Shown here piece after piece: positions 49,170-60,679 of a DNA stretch of 64,000 nt. The first letter of the stretch is position 1, and every line of letters starts with the position of its first letter. The DNA comes from Squalus acanthias. Lineage: Eukaryota. A model generated the notes under the pieces. The model made no database searches. It saw only the letters and a list, made by a program, of their open reading frames with translations, and had not been told where the DNA came from. Location of the stretch: NCBI GenBank assembly GCA_030390025.1, contig CM059432.1:58902001-58966000 (forward strand), given 5' to 3'. The translations under genes were made by a program, and so were the position numbers.

Positions 49170-50855
49170 ATGGAAAACATCCTTAAACCATCGCGTCTTG
49201 ACTTGGACCCAAACACCCCAGCAGCCGGTAAGGTGTGGAAACACTGGTATCGCACGTTTGACAATTTCCTTGAGTATTGCAAGGCTGATGATGACTCAAA
49301 GTTGCGGATACTCATCAACTGTGTCACCCCGAATGTATTTCAGTATGTGGAGGAATGGGACAGTTACGAGGAGGCAATTCGGAAGCTTAAGAGACTATAT
49401 ACTAAGACACTGAATGAGGTCTATGCCAGACATCTACTAGCTACAGCCCAACAAGGGCCGGAGGAATCCATTGATAAATTCCTCCAAGAGCTTCGCAGAC
49501 TTAGTATGGACTGTAACTTTCGGGCGGCCTCGGCTGAGCTGTACCGTGAAGAGATGATCCGTGATGCTTTCATCTGCGGGCTTGCCTCCCCATTTATACG
49601 CCAGCGTCTACTGGAAAGTAAGACACTTGAGCTTCAGAGAGCTTATGACATGGCTTGCTCTCTAGATCTGGCAAAAAGAAATGCAGACCTTTATACAGTG
49701 CCCAGACCTCGGTCTACTGCCTTAACTACAGTCAGGCAATTTAAGAGGCCACAGGTGAACTCTATTAGGGAGGTCTTTATCCCTGACGATCAATCTGATG
49801 ACTTCACTGATGAAGAGGATGATGACCCCACTGTGGCAGCCTCTTGGCAATCTAAGAAATGCTTCTTTTGTGGTGATGAGTTTCACCCTCGGAAATTCTG
49901 CCCTGCTCGCAATGCGTTTTGCAGTCATTGCAACAAAAAGGGTCATTTTGCAAAGGTTTGCCTATCAAGAGCCTCTACAAGGGCTTATCAAGCTAAGTCC
50001 TACCGAACTGCCCCGGTAAGGGCCTATCAAGATGTTCCGGCTAAAATCTATCGTGCTTCCTCTTGGGTTTCCTCTCGAAGAAACACACCTAGAGTTTCAG
50101 CCACTCTTTGTGCAATGACACCAATTACAGCTGCTTGTCCTCAGAACCTATTCCATGCAGCTACAAAAGCATCAATTAATGGACATACTTTAGATGCCTT
50201 AATTGACTCAGGTAGCACTGATAGTTTCATTAGGGAACAGATTGTTGCAGAGTTAAAGCTACATTTTTTCCCATCGGACCAGGCAATTGCGATGGCTCAG
50301 TCATCACTTAATACCAGAATTTCTGGCTTTTGTATGGTTGAAATAACACTTAATGGTCACAGGTATCCCTCCACCCGGCTTTCGGTGCTCAAGGACTTAT
50401 GTAGTAATCTTATCTTAGGGCTGGATTTTCAAAAGCAGCATAAGAAGCTCACCATTGAGTTCGGCGGACCCAAACCTGAACTCACTATTTCTAATATACA
50501 ACCTCGATTACCGTTCTGTGCATTGTCAGCAGCTTCACTGGATGAACCCTCACTGTTTACCAGTATCCCTCCTCGATGCAAACCGATTATAACAAAGTCA
50601 CGACATTTCAGTCAGGAAGACCAGTCTTTTATTGCGGCTGAGATTTCTCGGCTTTTAGCAGAGGATATCATCGAGCCTTGTTCGTCGCCATGGCGCGCCC
50701 AGGTCGTTATTGTTAAGAACCCTCTACAACCTCACAAGAAACGGCTGTGCATTGACTATTCACAGACCATCAATCAATATACGGACTTGGACGCATACCC
50801 ATTGCCATGGTTAATAAACTGGCTGAGTACACGGTGTTCTCAACATATGATCTGA
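49170..50855 (+). CDS. Gypsy Gag (two Cys/His knuckles), aspartic protease and RT N-terminus
   Basis: CFFCGDEFHPRKFC, CSHCNKKGHFAKVC, LIDSGS, SSPW, RLCIDY; frame broken after YPLP. Confidence 0.9.
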   Translation: MENILKPSRLDLDPNTPAAGKVWKHWYRTFDNFLEYCKADDDSKLRILINCVTPNVFQYVEEWDSYEEAIRKLKRLYTKTLNEVYARHLLATAQQGPEESIDKFLQELRRLSMDCNFRAASAELYREEMIRDAFICGLASPFIRQRLLESKTLELQRAYDMACSLDLAKRNADLYTVPRPRSTALTTVRQFKRPQVNSIREVFIPDDQSDDFTDEEDDDPTVAASWQSKKCFFCGDEFHPRKFCPARNAFCSHCNKKGHFAKVCLSRASTRAYQAKSYRTAPVRAYQDVPAKIYRASSWVSSRRNTPRVSATLCAMTPITAACPQNLFHAATKASINGHTLDALIDSGSTDSFIREQIVAELKLHFFPSDQAIAMAQSSLNTRISGFCMVEITLNGHRYPSTRLSVLKDLCSNLILGLDFQKQHKKLTIEFGGPKPELTISNIQPRLPFCALSAASLDEPSLFTSIPPRCKPIITKSRHFSQEDQSFIAAEISRLLAEDIIEPCSSPWRAQVVIVKNPLQPHKKRLCIDYSQTINQYTDLDAYPLPWLINWLSTRCSQHMI

Positions 50856-51844
50856 AAAGTGCCTATCATCAGGTACCCTTGAAGGTCTCAGACAAGCAGT
50901 ATACGGCCTTTGAAGCCAATGGACGGCTGTATCAATTTCGTCGCCTCCCCTTTGGGGTCACTAATGGAGTGGCTGTCTTCCAGCGAGCAATGGATGAACT
51001 GGTCAAACAGGAAGACTTGAAGGATACGTTTCCTTATCTGGACAATATTACTGTCGCAGGTCACAATCAGCGGGAACATGACGCCAATCTCCAACGATTT
51101 TGGGATGCACTCCAGCACCGTAATTTGACATTAAATGCGGCTAAATCCATTGAGTCACAACCAACCATCAACATCCTTGGCTATTGTGTGGGCAATGGCA
51201 TCATTAAGCCTGACCCTGAAAGGCTTCGCCCACTCCAAGAACTCCCGCCACCTAAGAATCCGGCCTCCTTGCGCCGGGCCCTCGGCCTGTTTGCATACTA
51301 TGCTAAATGGATTCCTAACTTCTCGGACCGAATCCAACCTCTACTGAAGGCTAGCACATTCCCACTAGACACAGCGGCTGTTGCAGCCTTTAACCTCCTG
51401 AAAAAACAGTTGGAGAAAGCGGCTCTTCACTCCATCGATGAGAGTCTTCCTTTTGTTGTTGAGTGTGATGCCTCGGAGGTGGCGATCTCGGCCACTCTGA
51501 ATCAGGAAGGTCGTCCGGTGGCATTTTTGTCCAGGACTTTTCAAGGGGCTGAGCTACATTATCCTCCAGTCGAGAAAGAAGCTACAGCCATCATAGAGGC
51601 AGTACGGAAGTGGAGTCATCTCCTAGCTCGCCAGCACTTTACCATAATCACGGACCAGCGATCGGTCGCCTTCATGCTCGATAATCGAAAACGGACCAAA
51701 ATTAAAAATAATAAAATCCAGCTTTGGCGGCTGGAATTGGCCTCCTTTGGTTACACCATCCACTATCGACCTGGCAAGGAGAATGTGGCTCCGGATACCC
51801 TCACACGAGCATTCTGCTCCGCCATGGCACCTCTACGCTCGTAG
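50807..51844 (+). CDS. Gypsy RT and RNase H (frameshifted continuation)
   Basis: DLKSAYHQ, LPFGV, YLDN, VECDAS, EKEA, TDQ, YRPGKENVAPDTL. Confidence 0.9.
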   Translation: MVNKLAEYTVFSTYDLKSAYHQVPLKVSDKQYTAFEANGRLYQFRRLPFGVTNGVAVFQRAMDELVKQEDLKDTFPYLDNITVAGHNQREHDANLQRFWDALQHRNLTLNAAKSIESQPTINILGYCVGNGIIKPDPERLRPLQELPPPKNPASLRRALGLFAYYAKWIPNFSDRIQPLLKASTFPLDTAAVAAFNLLKKQLEKAALHSIDESLPFVVECDASEVAISATLNQEGRPVAFLSRTFQGAELHYPPVEKEATAIIEAVRKWSHLLARQHFTIITDQRSVAFMLDNRKRTKIKNNKIQLWRLELASFGYTIHYRPGKENVAPDTLTRAFCSAMAPLRS

Positions 51845-53076
51845 ACATCCATGATGGGTTGTGTCATCCGGGCGTTACTCGCATGCTACACTTCGTGCGG
51901 TCCCGAAATCTCCCATTCTCTACCGGGGATGTAAAGAAGATGTGCTCGGACTGCAGAGTCTGTGCGGAATTGAAACCTCAGTTTTTCCGCCCCTCGGGTG
52001 GTATACTCATACATGCGACCCAGCCAATGCAACGGCTTAGCATCGATTTTAAGGGGCCGTTGCCCTCTTCAACTCGCAACACTTATCTGTTGACCATGGT
52101 CAATGAGTATTCCCGTTTTCCATTTGCCTTTCCCTGCCCCAATATGCTGACGACCACGGTTATCAGCTGCCTTGAGCAGGTATTTGCTTTCTGTGGCATG
52201 GCATCCTATGTTCATTCGGATCGGGGCCCTTCTTTTATGTCAGGAGAACTCAAGGCCTATCTCTCGGAACGGGGTATTGCTGCCAGCAGAACGACGCCTT
52301 ATCATCCGGTCGGGAATGGGCAAGTCGAGCGTTTTAACGCTATCATCTGGAATGCGGTACGTCTGGCTTTGAGATCTCGGGGCCTACCCAACCAGCAATG
52401 GGAAGCAGTACTTCCAGACGCATTACACTCCACACGGTCCCTCCTTTCGACCGCCACAAATACGACGCCTCATGAACGGTTCTTCCGATTTCAGCGTCGC
52501 TCATCCTATGGAATATCTCTCCCGTCGTGGCTGACTACACCGGGACCAGTGCTACTCCGAAGATATGTCCGGGCGTCTAAGAATGACCCCCTGGTAGATG
52601 AAGTTGAGCTCACTGACGTCAACCCTACCTACGCCTATATTCGGTATCCTGACGGTCAGGAATCTACCGTGTCATTGCGGGATCTGGCTCCCTGCCCGCC
52701 GAAACATAGAGGGACACCAGGGGATGATATTGTACCAGGCACATCTCTGGGCTTGCCAGGTGCCTCTCATCACGATCTGGATCTGACGCCGGCTGGTACC
52801 TCACTCCAGCGTGCCGACCTGGGGCAGACTGACTATGAGCCCGTCGGGGCTCGCACGCGCAGCCACGATCCACCCCGTACCGTACGCTCGGAAACGGATC
52901 TGCCACAGCCCTGCCCGACACCCGTTCGGGCACCAGTACACAGTCAGGATCGTCCTGACCCCTCACAGAGCGGGCTGGATCACTCGGACTCTGGTCCACG
53001 GCCCGCGGCGGGTAAACGGGCTAGGGGCCCTCTACCGCTACGAGAACCCAAACGGGTGCGGCTCTCCCTCGTTTAG
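51830..53076 (+). CDS. Gypsy integrase (frameshifted continuation)
   Basis: HHCC (HDGLCHPG..CRVC), SIDFKG, HSDRG, NGQVER; Pro/Arg-rich tail; no chromodomain or env recognised. Confidence 0.9.
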
Positions 53077-53782
53077 CGGCTACGAAATGGAGGGAGCATC
53101 CCGGCCTCCTAATCTTTTGGGGGGGGAGAATGTGGTAACACAATACAGCTTCCTGTGACTCGAACTTTATTGCATCACTTCCTGTGATTAGTCCAGGATA
53201 AATACTGGACTGATCAGTTGGATCCTGGAGAGGCATAGAGTAAGACCTCTTTTGTATGTAGCACCTTTTTAGTTGATTAAAGCTTACTTTAAGTTCACCA
53301 CGCGTAAGGCTCATTCTTACGACAACCTGTTCACGTAAAAATGTATTTAGTCACAGAAGCAACCAGAGACAAGGTGAGTCTATTACAGACTTGCAAATAT
53401 ACACATCAACTGTGGAGAACCATGATCTGCAAGATGATACACTGACGGAGTCAAATATCTTACTCTGGACAAACAGCAGTGGAAGAAATGGGTTACGTCA
53501 TATGCCGCTAGGCACAGGAGACTCTAACTATCTAACAGACTATCGCTGCACCCTCCTCCAGTCTTATTGTTCCTTCCACACACCTTCTGACTCTGACTTT
53601 GAACTTCTATCTATTCTGCCCTACCTTCGCTTACCATTGGTGGTAGATCCTTTGGCCGTACTTTCTGGAACTCCTTCCCTTTAATTCTCTACTCTCTTCA
53701 TCTTGAAAAAAATATTAAAATCCATCTTTTTGACTGAGCATTCTCATCCTAACTCTTCCTCCTTGATCCATCCCACTATCTA

Positions 53783-54428
53783 GGGCTGATTTTAACTCGG
53801 GGCTGGTATCGAGGGCGGGAGGGCTGAAGTGGGAGGTGAACCATCTAGCCCCCCCAGAATGTGAAGCCTGGGAGATTTTAACTGCCAGGTCTCATTTGCA
53901 TGCCCCGGCACTGACCCCCACTCAAAGCCGATGGGAATTACATCACTGCCAGCAAGCGGAAGTTAAGGTTGGTGGGGGGGGAGTCAGTGCACTGCTGGGG
54001 ATCCACAGAAATGGTCCCCATCAAGGTCAGTACAGATTGGATTGGCAAGTCTACGACTGGGGGGATGGGGGGAAGCCCAGGGCAAGTAGGCCCAAGGTAT
54101 CCTTGTGGAGCCAGAGGAGCACCCCCGCTCCTCCTAGCCCAGAATGTACAAAGGAAACACTTGGGTCTGGATTGTTGCTGGCAAGCCCGGAGACTGTGCG
54201 GGTCATAGATGGGCCCGTGGTTAAAATTGCATGCGCATTTCGATTACATCGTCGGAGCATGACACTGCCATTTAAATTAGGGTCCCGCTGCTCTGGGCCG
54301 GGCAGTCCCTCCCATGTCTCAATTCAGGCAAGTAAAAGTGGTGGAGGGGGTGAGCTGGAACGCATCGGGAACGCGGCACAAACTCCCCCTCCCTGTCATC
54401 TCACCGAGTGGGGGGTTCAAATTGGCCC
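53783..54428. mobile_element. Harbinger-like MITE (~646 bp)
   Basis: Imperfect TIRs gggctgattttaac / gttcaaattggccc. Confidence 0.65.
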
Positions 54429-54482
54429 TTCTATTTCCAATTCTGATGCTGGTTGGGATATTCCTCACATTACAGGTACTGA

Positions 54483-56135
54483 GGCCAGAATTTTGCCGGC
54501 GCTCAGAGTGTGGGTTTGGAGTCGTGTCCGCTGTCAAAATCACAAAGATTGACAGTGGGTCGGTATCCCGCTGTAAACCCGCCTCCTTGTCAGATTCCCA
54601 AGTGTCGGGTCTGCCATCCCTGAACGGACCCGACACCAAGCGACGGGTCAGCCAATTTAGATAGTTTAAAGCTTATTAAAAGGTAGTTAAGAACCATTTC
54701 CCCATGTACTTAACATTTTACCAGGTTTTCAATGAGGTTCCCAGAGAGTGGCTATCATGTCAGGTAAGTATGTCTCAATGACTGTGGATTGCTGTGAATA
54801 GGTGAAAGCTGCAAAAGTGGTCTAAAACCTACCATTTCACAGCTGTTCACTTTCCAATCTTAGAAGCTGGAGCATTAATGATTTGGAACCCACTTTTGAG
54901 CTTTATGCACTTTTGAAGTGTTTGGAATAATCTCTCTATCCACTGTCACCTCCTTGGAACAACCTATCTCAACATTGACAGATTACTTCTGTCATCTCAA
55001 CCTCACCTGCCATCTATTCCATCAGTGTCAGTGCCTTTGAAAAATTCTCACCATGGTCCTCAGAATCCCAACACGATCAGCCCCAACAGCAGCATCACTG
55101 GGCACACCAGCAGCACCAACATCCACACCAACCTTCTCTGCAATCAACTGATGCTGCACTGGACACAGGGCATCATTACCCGAGCACATTGCTGCTCGGG
55201 ACGCCAGTGATGGCCTCACCATGTCCAGATTTGCTTCACTTAACACTGTACACCCTGACTGCCACATGATGCACCAGGTTGGCACCACCCCACACCAGCA
55301 CCATAAAGCATCCCTACAATGTCCAAGCCATTCCTTTCACACTCATCACCATTGGGGGGAAGCTATGTCTCACCATTCACTGGAACTCACTAAGACACTT
55401 TCAAAGGTGCACACAAATCTGTCCAAGAAGGCAAAGTGGTGATAATAAGGATTTCAATGCTTGACACCACATTAACAGAAAGTTTACATGAACATTGGCT
55501 AAAACACCCAAGTGCCTACCCTTGTGTGTTGTTAGTTGGTATGATTGCACTAGGATGAGGGTGAGTGTGAGGGGTGACTAGTGAGATGGAGAAGTGATAA
55601 TATAGATAGAGAGGAATGGGTGGAGGTTCAAGGTAAGTTGGTGTGAGTAAGGATGTGCAGGAGTAGGGTAGGGAAGGCAGAGTTATGGGGATGTGATGAG
55701 TGGCACAGGAGGATGAAGTTGAGTGTGGCTTTGCAGTAACGTTTCGTGATCTACTGAGATCATTGAAAGGTTTGTGCCACTGCAGCCTGGTCCTCCTGAC
55801 GACATCCCTGCTTGTGCCCTCCTGTGCAATGTGCAACCAGGCTGCGTTGGTGTCCTGGGGAGGTCTCTTCCGCATATGGAAGGAGTAATGGGAGAGCGTG
55901 GGTGCAGGTGTGCACCTTTCTGCAGTGCTTGTCAGTGTTTGCAGCACCTCAATGCTGCAGAACACTGACAGCACAACTGTCAAAATCAATTTGGACATGG
56001 CCTCTTTAAGGAAACCGGCTGATGATGCTTAAAAAGCCCAATCAATGTAAAATCTTGTTGGAGGCCGGGATCAAGACAGATGCCAGGTCCCCACAAGCCA
56101 CGGACATCGCCCGCCCCGAATGGAAATATCCAGCC
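54483..56135. mobile_element. PIF/Harbinger internal-deletion derivative, copy 3
   Basis: Starts ggccagaattttgccggcgctcagag (as copy 2), ends aaatatccagcc; Myb-like AWLHIAQEGTSRDVVRRTRLQWHKPFNDL on minus. Confidence 0.85.
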
Positions 56136-56636
56136 CTATATATGTGCAAGTTGTTGTTGGCATCTCAATCATCGACTGATGGGCCCACAAATAAGACAAG
56201 GAGCACTGTAGGTACTCTTCATTCATTGTCCTTCATCACCAGATGAAGGAGCATAAACACCTCTATAACCATGTCAAAAGAAACAATACTACTGCACGTT
56301 ACAACAGGGTAGGACAAGGGTGATCTTTTGACTGCTAGCTGGTCTATCAGCAATTCAGGCCTGGAGCTCGGCCGCCTCAAGACTTTCCATCCATTATGCA
56401 GCTGCCCTACTAATTTCTCATGCACTGTTCCTTTGGAATTCCTGGGTATATATTATAAATTTATAATAGTTACCCTAAAATTCCACAGAGATATGTATGA
56501 ATGGTCAACAGTACAGCAGCATAAGAACTAAGCTTGGAAAGATAAGAGAAAGGATTAGGTTTGAAAACTAAGTGGGCACAAAATATTTTCAGTATCCTGC
56601 ATAAAATAAAGTACAAGCTTCGGCACAAAAACAGTT

Positions 56637-57490
56637 GGGGCTGAATTTCCCACATAGAGATTCTCCCGAGTGGCCAGCGTAACTTCGGCGGGAGATTCGC
56701 AGAAACCACGGAGAAACGCCGTTACTGCCATTTCTCCGAGGTTTTTGCAGCTATTCTTTTAGAAGTTAGAGCAGACGAATGGGAGAATCTCCGTAGGGTT
56801 CACCCCTAAAGTGTGCCAGGTTTTTTTGAAATACAAATTATCACTCTATGCATGCTCAATATAAGAAACCTAAATTATTTCATCATGGTTATGTATTTGT
56901 GTACATTACTAATGCCCCACTCTGTATTCGTTCTTTATTGCTTAACTGCTTAAGAGAAGTTTGGCGTGAAAACAAAAGTAACATGCATACTGATATTTTG
57001 CAACAAAATACTTTTTAATGTTTTATAATCCACAGAGGAACTCGTACAGCTTGCAGCTGCTCCGTGTGAAGTCCCCACCGGCCATCAGGTCTTTAACGCC
57101 TTCAGCTTGAAAAGAAGCCATTCGGTCTCCAGACAAGGTAATCGATCCCCTCTGGGAAATGTTGTGCTCTGAGTTTATTGTTCATGCGATAGAGGATTCC
57201 AAAACAGGTTGGAGAAAGTTGGAAGAGTTTTGCACCAGGTCAAGTTTGGGGCTTTAGAAGACTTCACTGGGACTCTCTTACCTGGCATGAGTTCAGCTGA
57301 AGTCTTTCAAAGTCTTTTGATATTGGGGGCGGGACAGCAGAAAGATCTGCCCAAGCCCGCCTCGCCACGCCACGCCACCGGGAAATGGCTACACCAAAAA
57401 AAAAGGATGGAATCCAACAGTGGTAGGTCCAGCCACAAGCGGCCAATCCACTTTCTCTTAACTCTTGATCTAGGCTGGAATTTTGGGGCC
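56637..57490. mobile_element. Possible Harbinger-like MITE (~850 bp)
   Basis: Degenerate termini ggggctgaatttcc / ggaattttggggcc; GC-rich subterminal inverted repeats. Confidence 0.4.
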
Positions 57491-59439
57491 TAAGTATTTA
57501 TTTCTTAAAACTATCATTAATCTCATTTCTACATGTTAAATGCAGCTAATAATTCTGAGATTAGAATTATTATTTTAGGCTGAAGCACTTTGGAAATCTT
57601 GGTACTGTAGTTGGTTTTAAACTGCAGCCTCTGATGGAAGTTATCTAGAACCATTTCATTGTGTCAGCATCCTCACCACTATGCTACTGTGTTGCTTCAC
57701 CTGACTGATCCTAATTAATTACGTTCATCTGATAAATCTTCTGCTACCGGTTGTCTCAGTTAATTAGATGTTTCTATACCTTTACAAAAAACTGCAATAA
57801 GCACAAAGGAAAAAAATACAAGAACTGCTGTTAAAAGTGCTGATGGAAAATTAACAATAGAAAAGGAAATTGAATAAAATAGGATGCTCTTAAAGAATAT
57901 ATAAGCACTATTGATTTTTACACACAATGTGTGAGAATGCAGCTCTACAGACTAAACCAATATCTGTTTTCAATCCTCCTTATCCAAAGGACCATACTTT
58001 TGAGCTAGGTAATTTAATGTTACAAGTGCTGCTGCATAAACTGAGACCCGCTTGCAGATTAGGTTCAGGATTTTGTATTAGACACTGTAGCTGTTGTTAA
58101 TTGTGTTCACCGGCTTAACTTTGTGATGAGCAATACACTGCAGGAACAATTGCTTACCGAGCAATGGATCTCAGCTATCCTTCTGTGGATAATCCCTCCA
58201 AGTGTGACCTATCTCCCTTTGAGCTCTCTAATTATGGCCAGTCTCCTCCTGGTCTCCATGAACAAAAACCAGGCTGCTTTTCTTGATGATTGTACCATGT
58301 TTTCATCTGTGCTCAAGCTTCAGATATTTAATTCTCTTTTTTTTGTGGCTAAAAGTTTATTCAACCCAGTATGGTTTCTTGTGAAATCCTAGTTAACTGT
58401 CATGAAATTCAATACAGTTTCATTCAGTCAACAATTACCTCATCATTTATGCAAATTGATCATTAAAAAAATCCAAGGAGAGCTGCAAATCAACAGTGAC
58501 TTAGCACTGTTCACAAACATTGGTGTTTCACTGTTATATTTGTTGGATATCATTACGTCTTAAACCAACAAATGCAAAAACCTATGGCTGTATCTGATTT
58601 TGATTTGAAATTTTGAATATCTTACATTTTCACAGGCCAATAATTTGATTGAGCTTCTTGCATTCAATTCACATTAGTGAGCATTCACAATGAAGTATTA
58701 GTCCTTTTCTTACCATTATTGGCTTAAGATATAGAAATGTATTTCCAAATCATTAAAAAAAAAATGTGGCAAACTCTTGTCTGATATAAATCATTCCGGA
58801 ACTTAGAACTCTAAGCATTGAGGAGCGAGTCATGAATTATCTCAGCTCACTAATTCTCCAATCTCCAAGATTTTATGAATTTATAATATTTCTGTAATGT
58901 TAGTTTCAATTTTTTTAATTCTCAATAATAAGCCAGCAGCCTGAAATTTGTAAAGGCTCCTAATAGTATTTGAAATGTTCATTAGTTATACAAAGATAGG
59001 ATTGTTATGTACAATTTCAAACATTTTGGTCTATTTTGAGAGGATGGCTCTTTGCAACATCTAAGAGCCAGAGGCCATTCTATTCCATTCACACAGTGGG
59101 GGTGGGGACGGTGTTAGCTAAGGCAAGAGCTAGGGAGCCTCGTATACCCACATCAAAGAATAGGGATTTATTTGTGATTGGCAGCTCAGTGCACTAACCC
59201 TCCTCCCCATCTCATCAACTTAAGTGGTACAGTTCCCAGAGAGCGCTCTCTTGCTTTGAATCAGCCTTCCGTAAAGAGAGGAGAATTCACGTAGCACCAT
59301 GAGCAATATTTCAGTCGCCAATGTAGGACACTGGTCCCATTCTGGTTCAGGTGGAGCCCATCCCATTGATACATCTCTTTCCTATCCCAGTACTGGTGCC
59401 AGTGTCCTATATCATATCATTTTAAATGATATAAGCGCA

Positions 59440-59715
59440 TTTAAAATAAAAAGAGGAGAAATTCAAAAGAAACTTTTTTACCCAGAGTGTGGTGAGAATG
59501 TGGAACTCGCTACCACAGGGAGTAGTTGAGGTGAATAATATAGATGCATTTAAGGGGAAGTTAGATAAACATATGAGGGAGAAGGGAACAGAGGGTTATG
59601 CTGATAGAGTTAGATGAGGAAAGACGGGAAGAGGCTCGAGTGGAGCATAAACGCCGGCATAGACTGGTTGGGCTGAATGGCCTGTTTCTGTGCCGTATAT
59701 TTCATGTAATTCTGT
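59440..59715 (+). mobile_element. CR1 LINE 3' end fragment
   Basis: ttttacccagagtgtggtgagaatgtggaactc...gctgaatggcctgtttctgtg. Confidence 0.8.
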
Positions 59716-60679
59716 GAAATGGGAGGTTCGCTTGTGGGAATGATTGGCGACGCTGAACCCAAAAACATATCTAGCACAAAATCACGTAAACTGTGACACT
59801 GATCACAATCCCATCTAAACATACGCAGGTATCTTTATTGTGAACAACTCTTAGGCCCCAACTTCTATCCCCCACCCAGAAAATGCCAGCCAAAACCCAG
59901 CCCCACAACCCGCACACCCAAAATCTCTCACCTACTATCCACCCACACCTATCTCCCCCAACATGGCTCTGCTACAACAAAATCTCCAGCTGACCCTGTG
60001 AACGACAGAAGATCACCAATCTTCGTTCATATATTTGTACATTTATGTGAACAACTAACGCCCCTTTGAGAATCTGAAAGAAACACCTGGCAAAATGTGC
60101 TATTCAGTTCCCATATTACAAACCGTACCTGTGCACTCTTAAAAAATCCCTGCAATTTATTTTCTACTATTCTCATTTAAATGAGCCAAATTGTTCAATT
60201 TAATTAAAGAAGCTGCATCAAGTGTAATATCCTGATTTTATAGGCCGATTTCAAACTGTCTTCTGCTTTGTTCAGTCACCACATGGAAACAACTCAAATG
60301 TATTAGCAATGCAGCCACTAATCTTTGTGCACTGGCAGTATCATAAGTAATTCAATTAATTAAAGCAACAATTACAGTTAATTAAAAAAAAATCCTTGTG
60401 CTCTACCTTGAAGACTTGTGAAGAACGTTGCCTAAAGGGCTGATAAAAAAAATTGTGTTTTCAAACTAGAGAAGAGGTGTTTTCATCAGTGCCAATCTCA
60501 GCAACTCCTGATCCTGGGATGTTCAAATCATATCAGCAAAGAGGAACAAGAAATGAAAAACATTCATGTTTAGGTATTCGTATAATTTTTTTTTAAATGT
60601 GGAGTTGCTGACAGGTTTACAGAATGTCCACCATAAATCTGCTCATCTGCTGGTGGGGCCAGGCCTAGAATTCTCACGA

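Larger units (their letters stand above)
48898..53324 (+). mobile_element. Full-length Ty3/Gypsy LTR retrotransposon (4427 bp)
   Basis: 194-bp LTRs (48898-49091, 53131-53324), identical by eye, TG...CA; 5-bp TSD acctg; PPT ggggggggagaa at 53119-53130; domain order gag-PR-RT-RH-IN. Confidence 0.97.

Noticed and set aside
52700..53130. env gene or chromodomain after the integrase
   Set aside because: The tail is low-complexity Pro/Arg/Asp-rich with no hydrophobic segment or chromodomain motif, and the PPT follows within ~45 bp of the stop.
53836..54552. 238-aa ORF as a gene
   Set aside because: It runs across a GC-rich MITE and into the next element, has no ATG start (GTG), and shows no recognisable domain.
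60403..60431. Possible minus-strand terminal exon (GNVLHKSSR*) of a neighbour such as OC90, expected from human synteny
   Set aside because: Too short to identify, and no Cys-rich PLA2-like exons are visible in the window.
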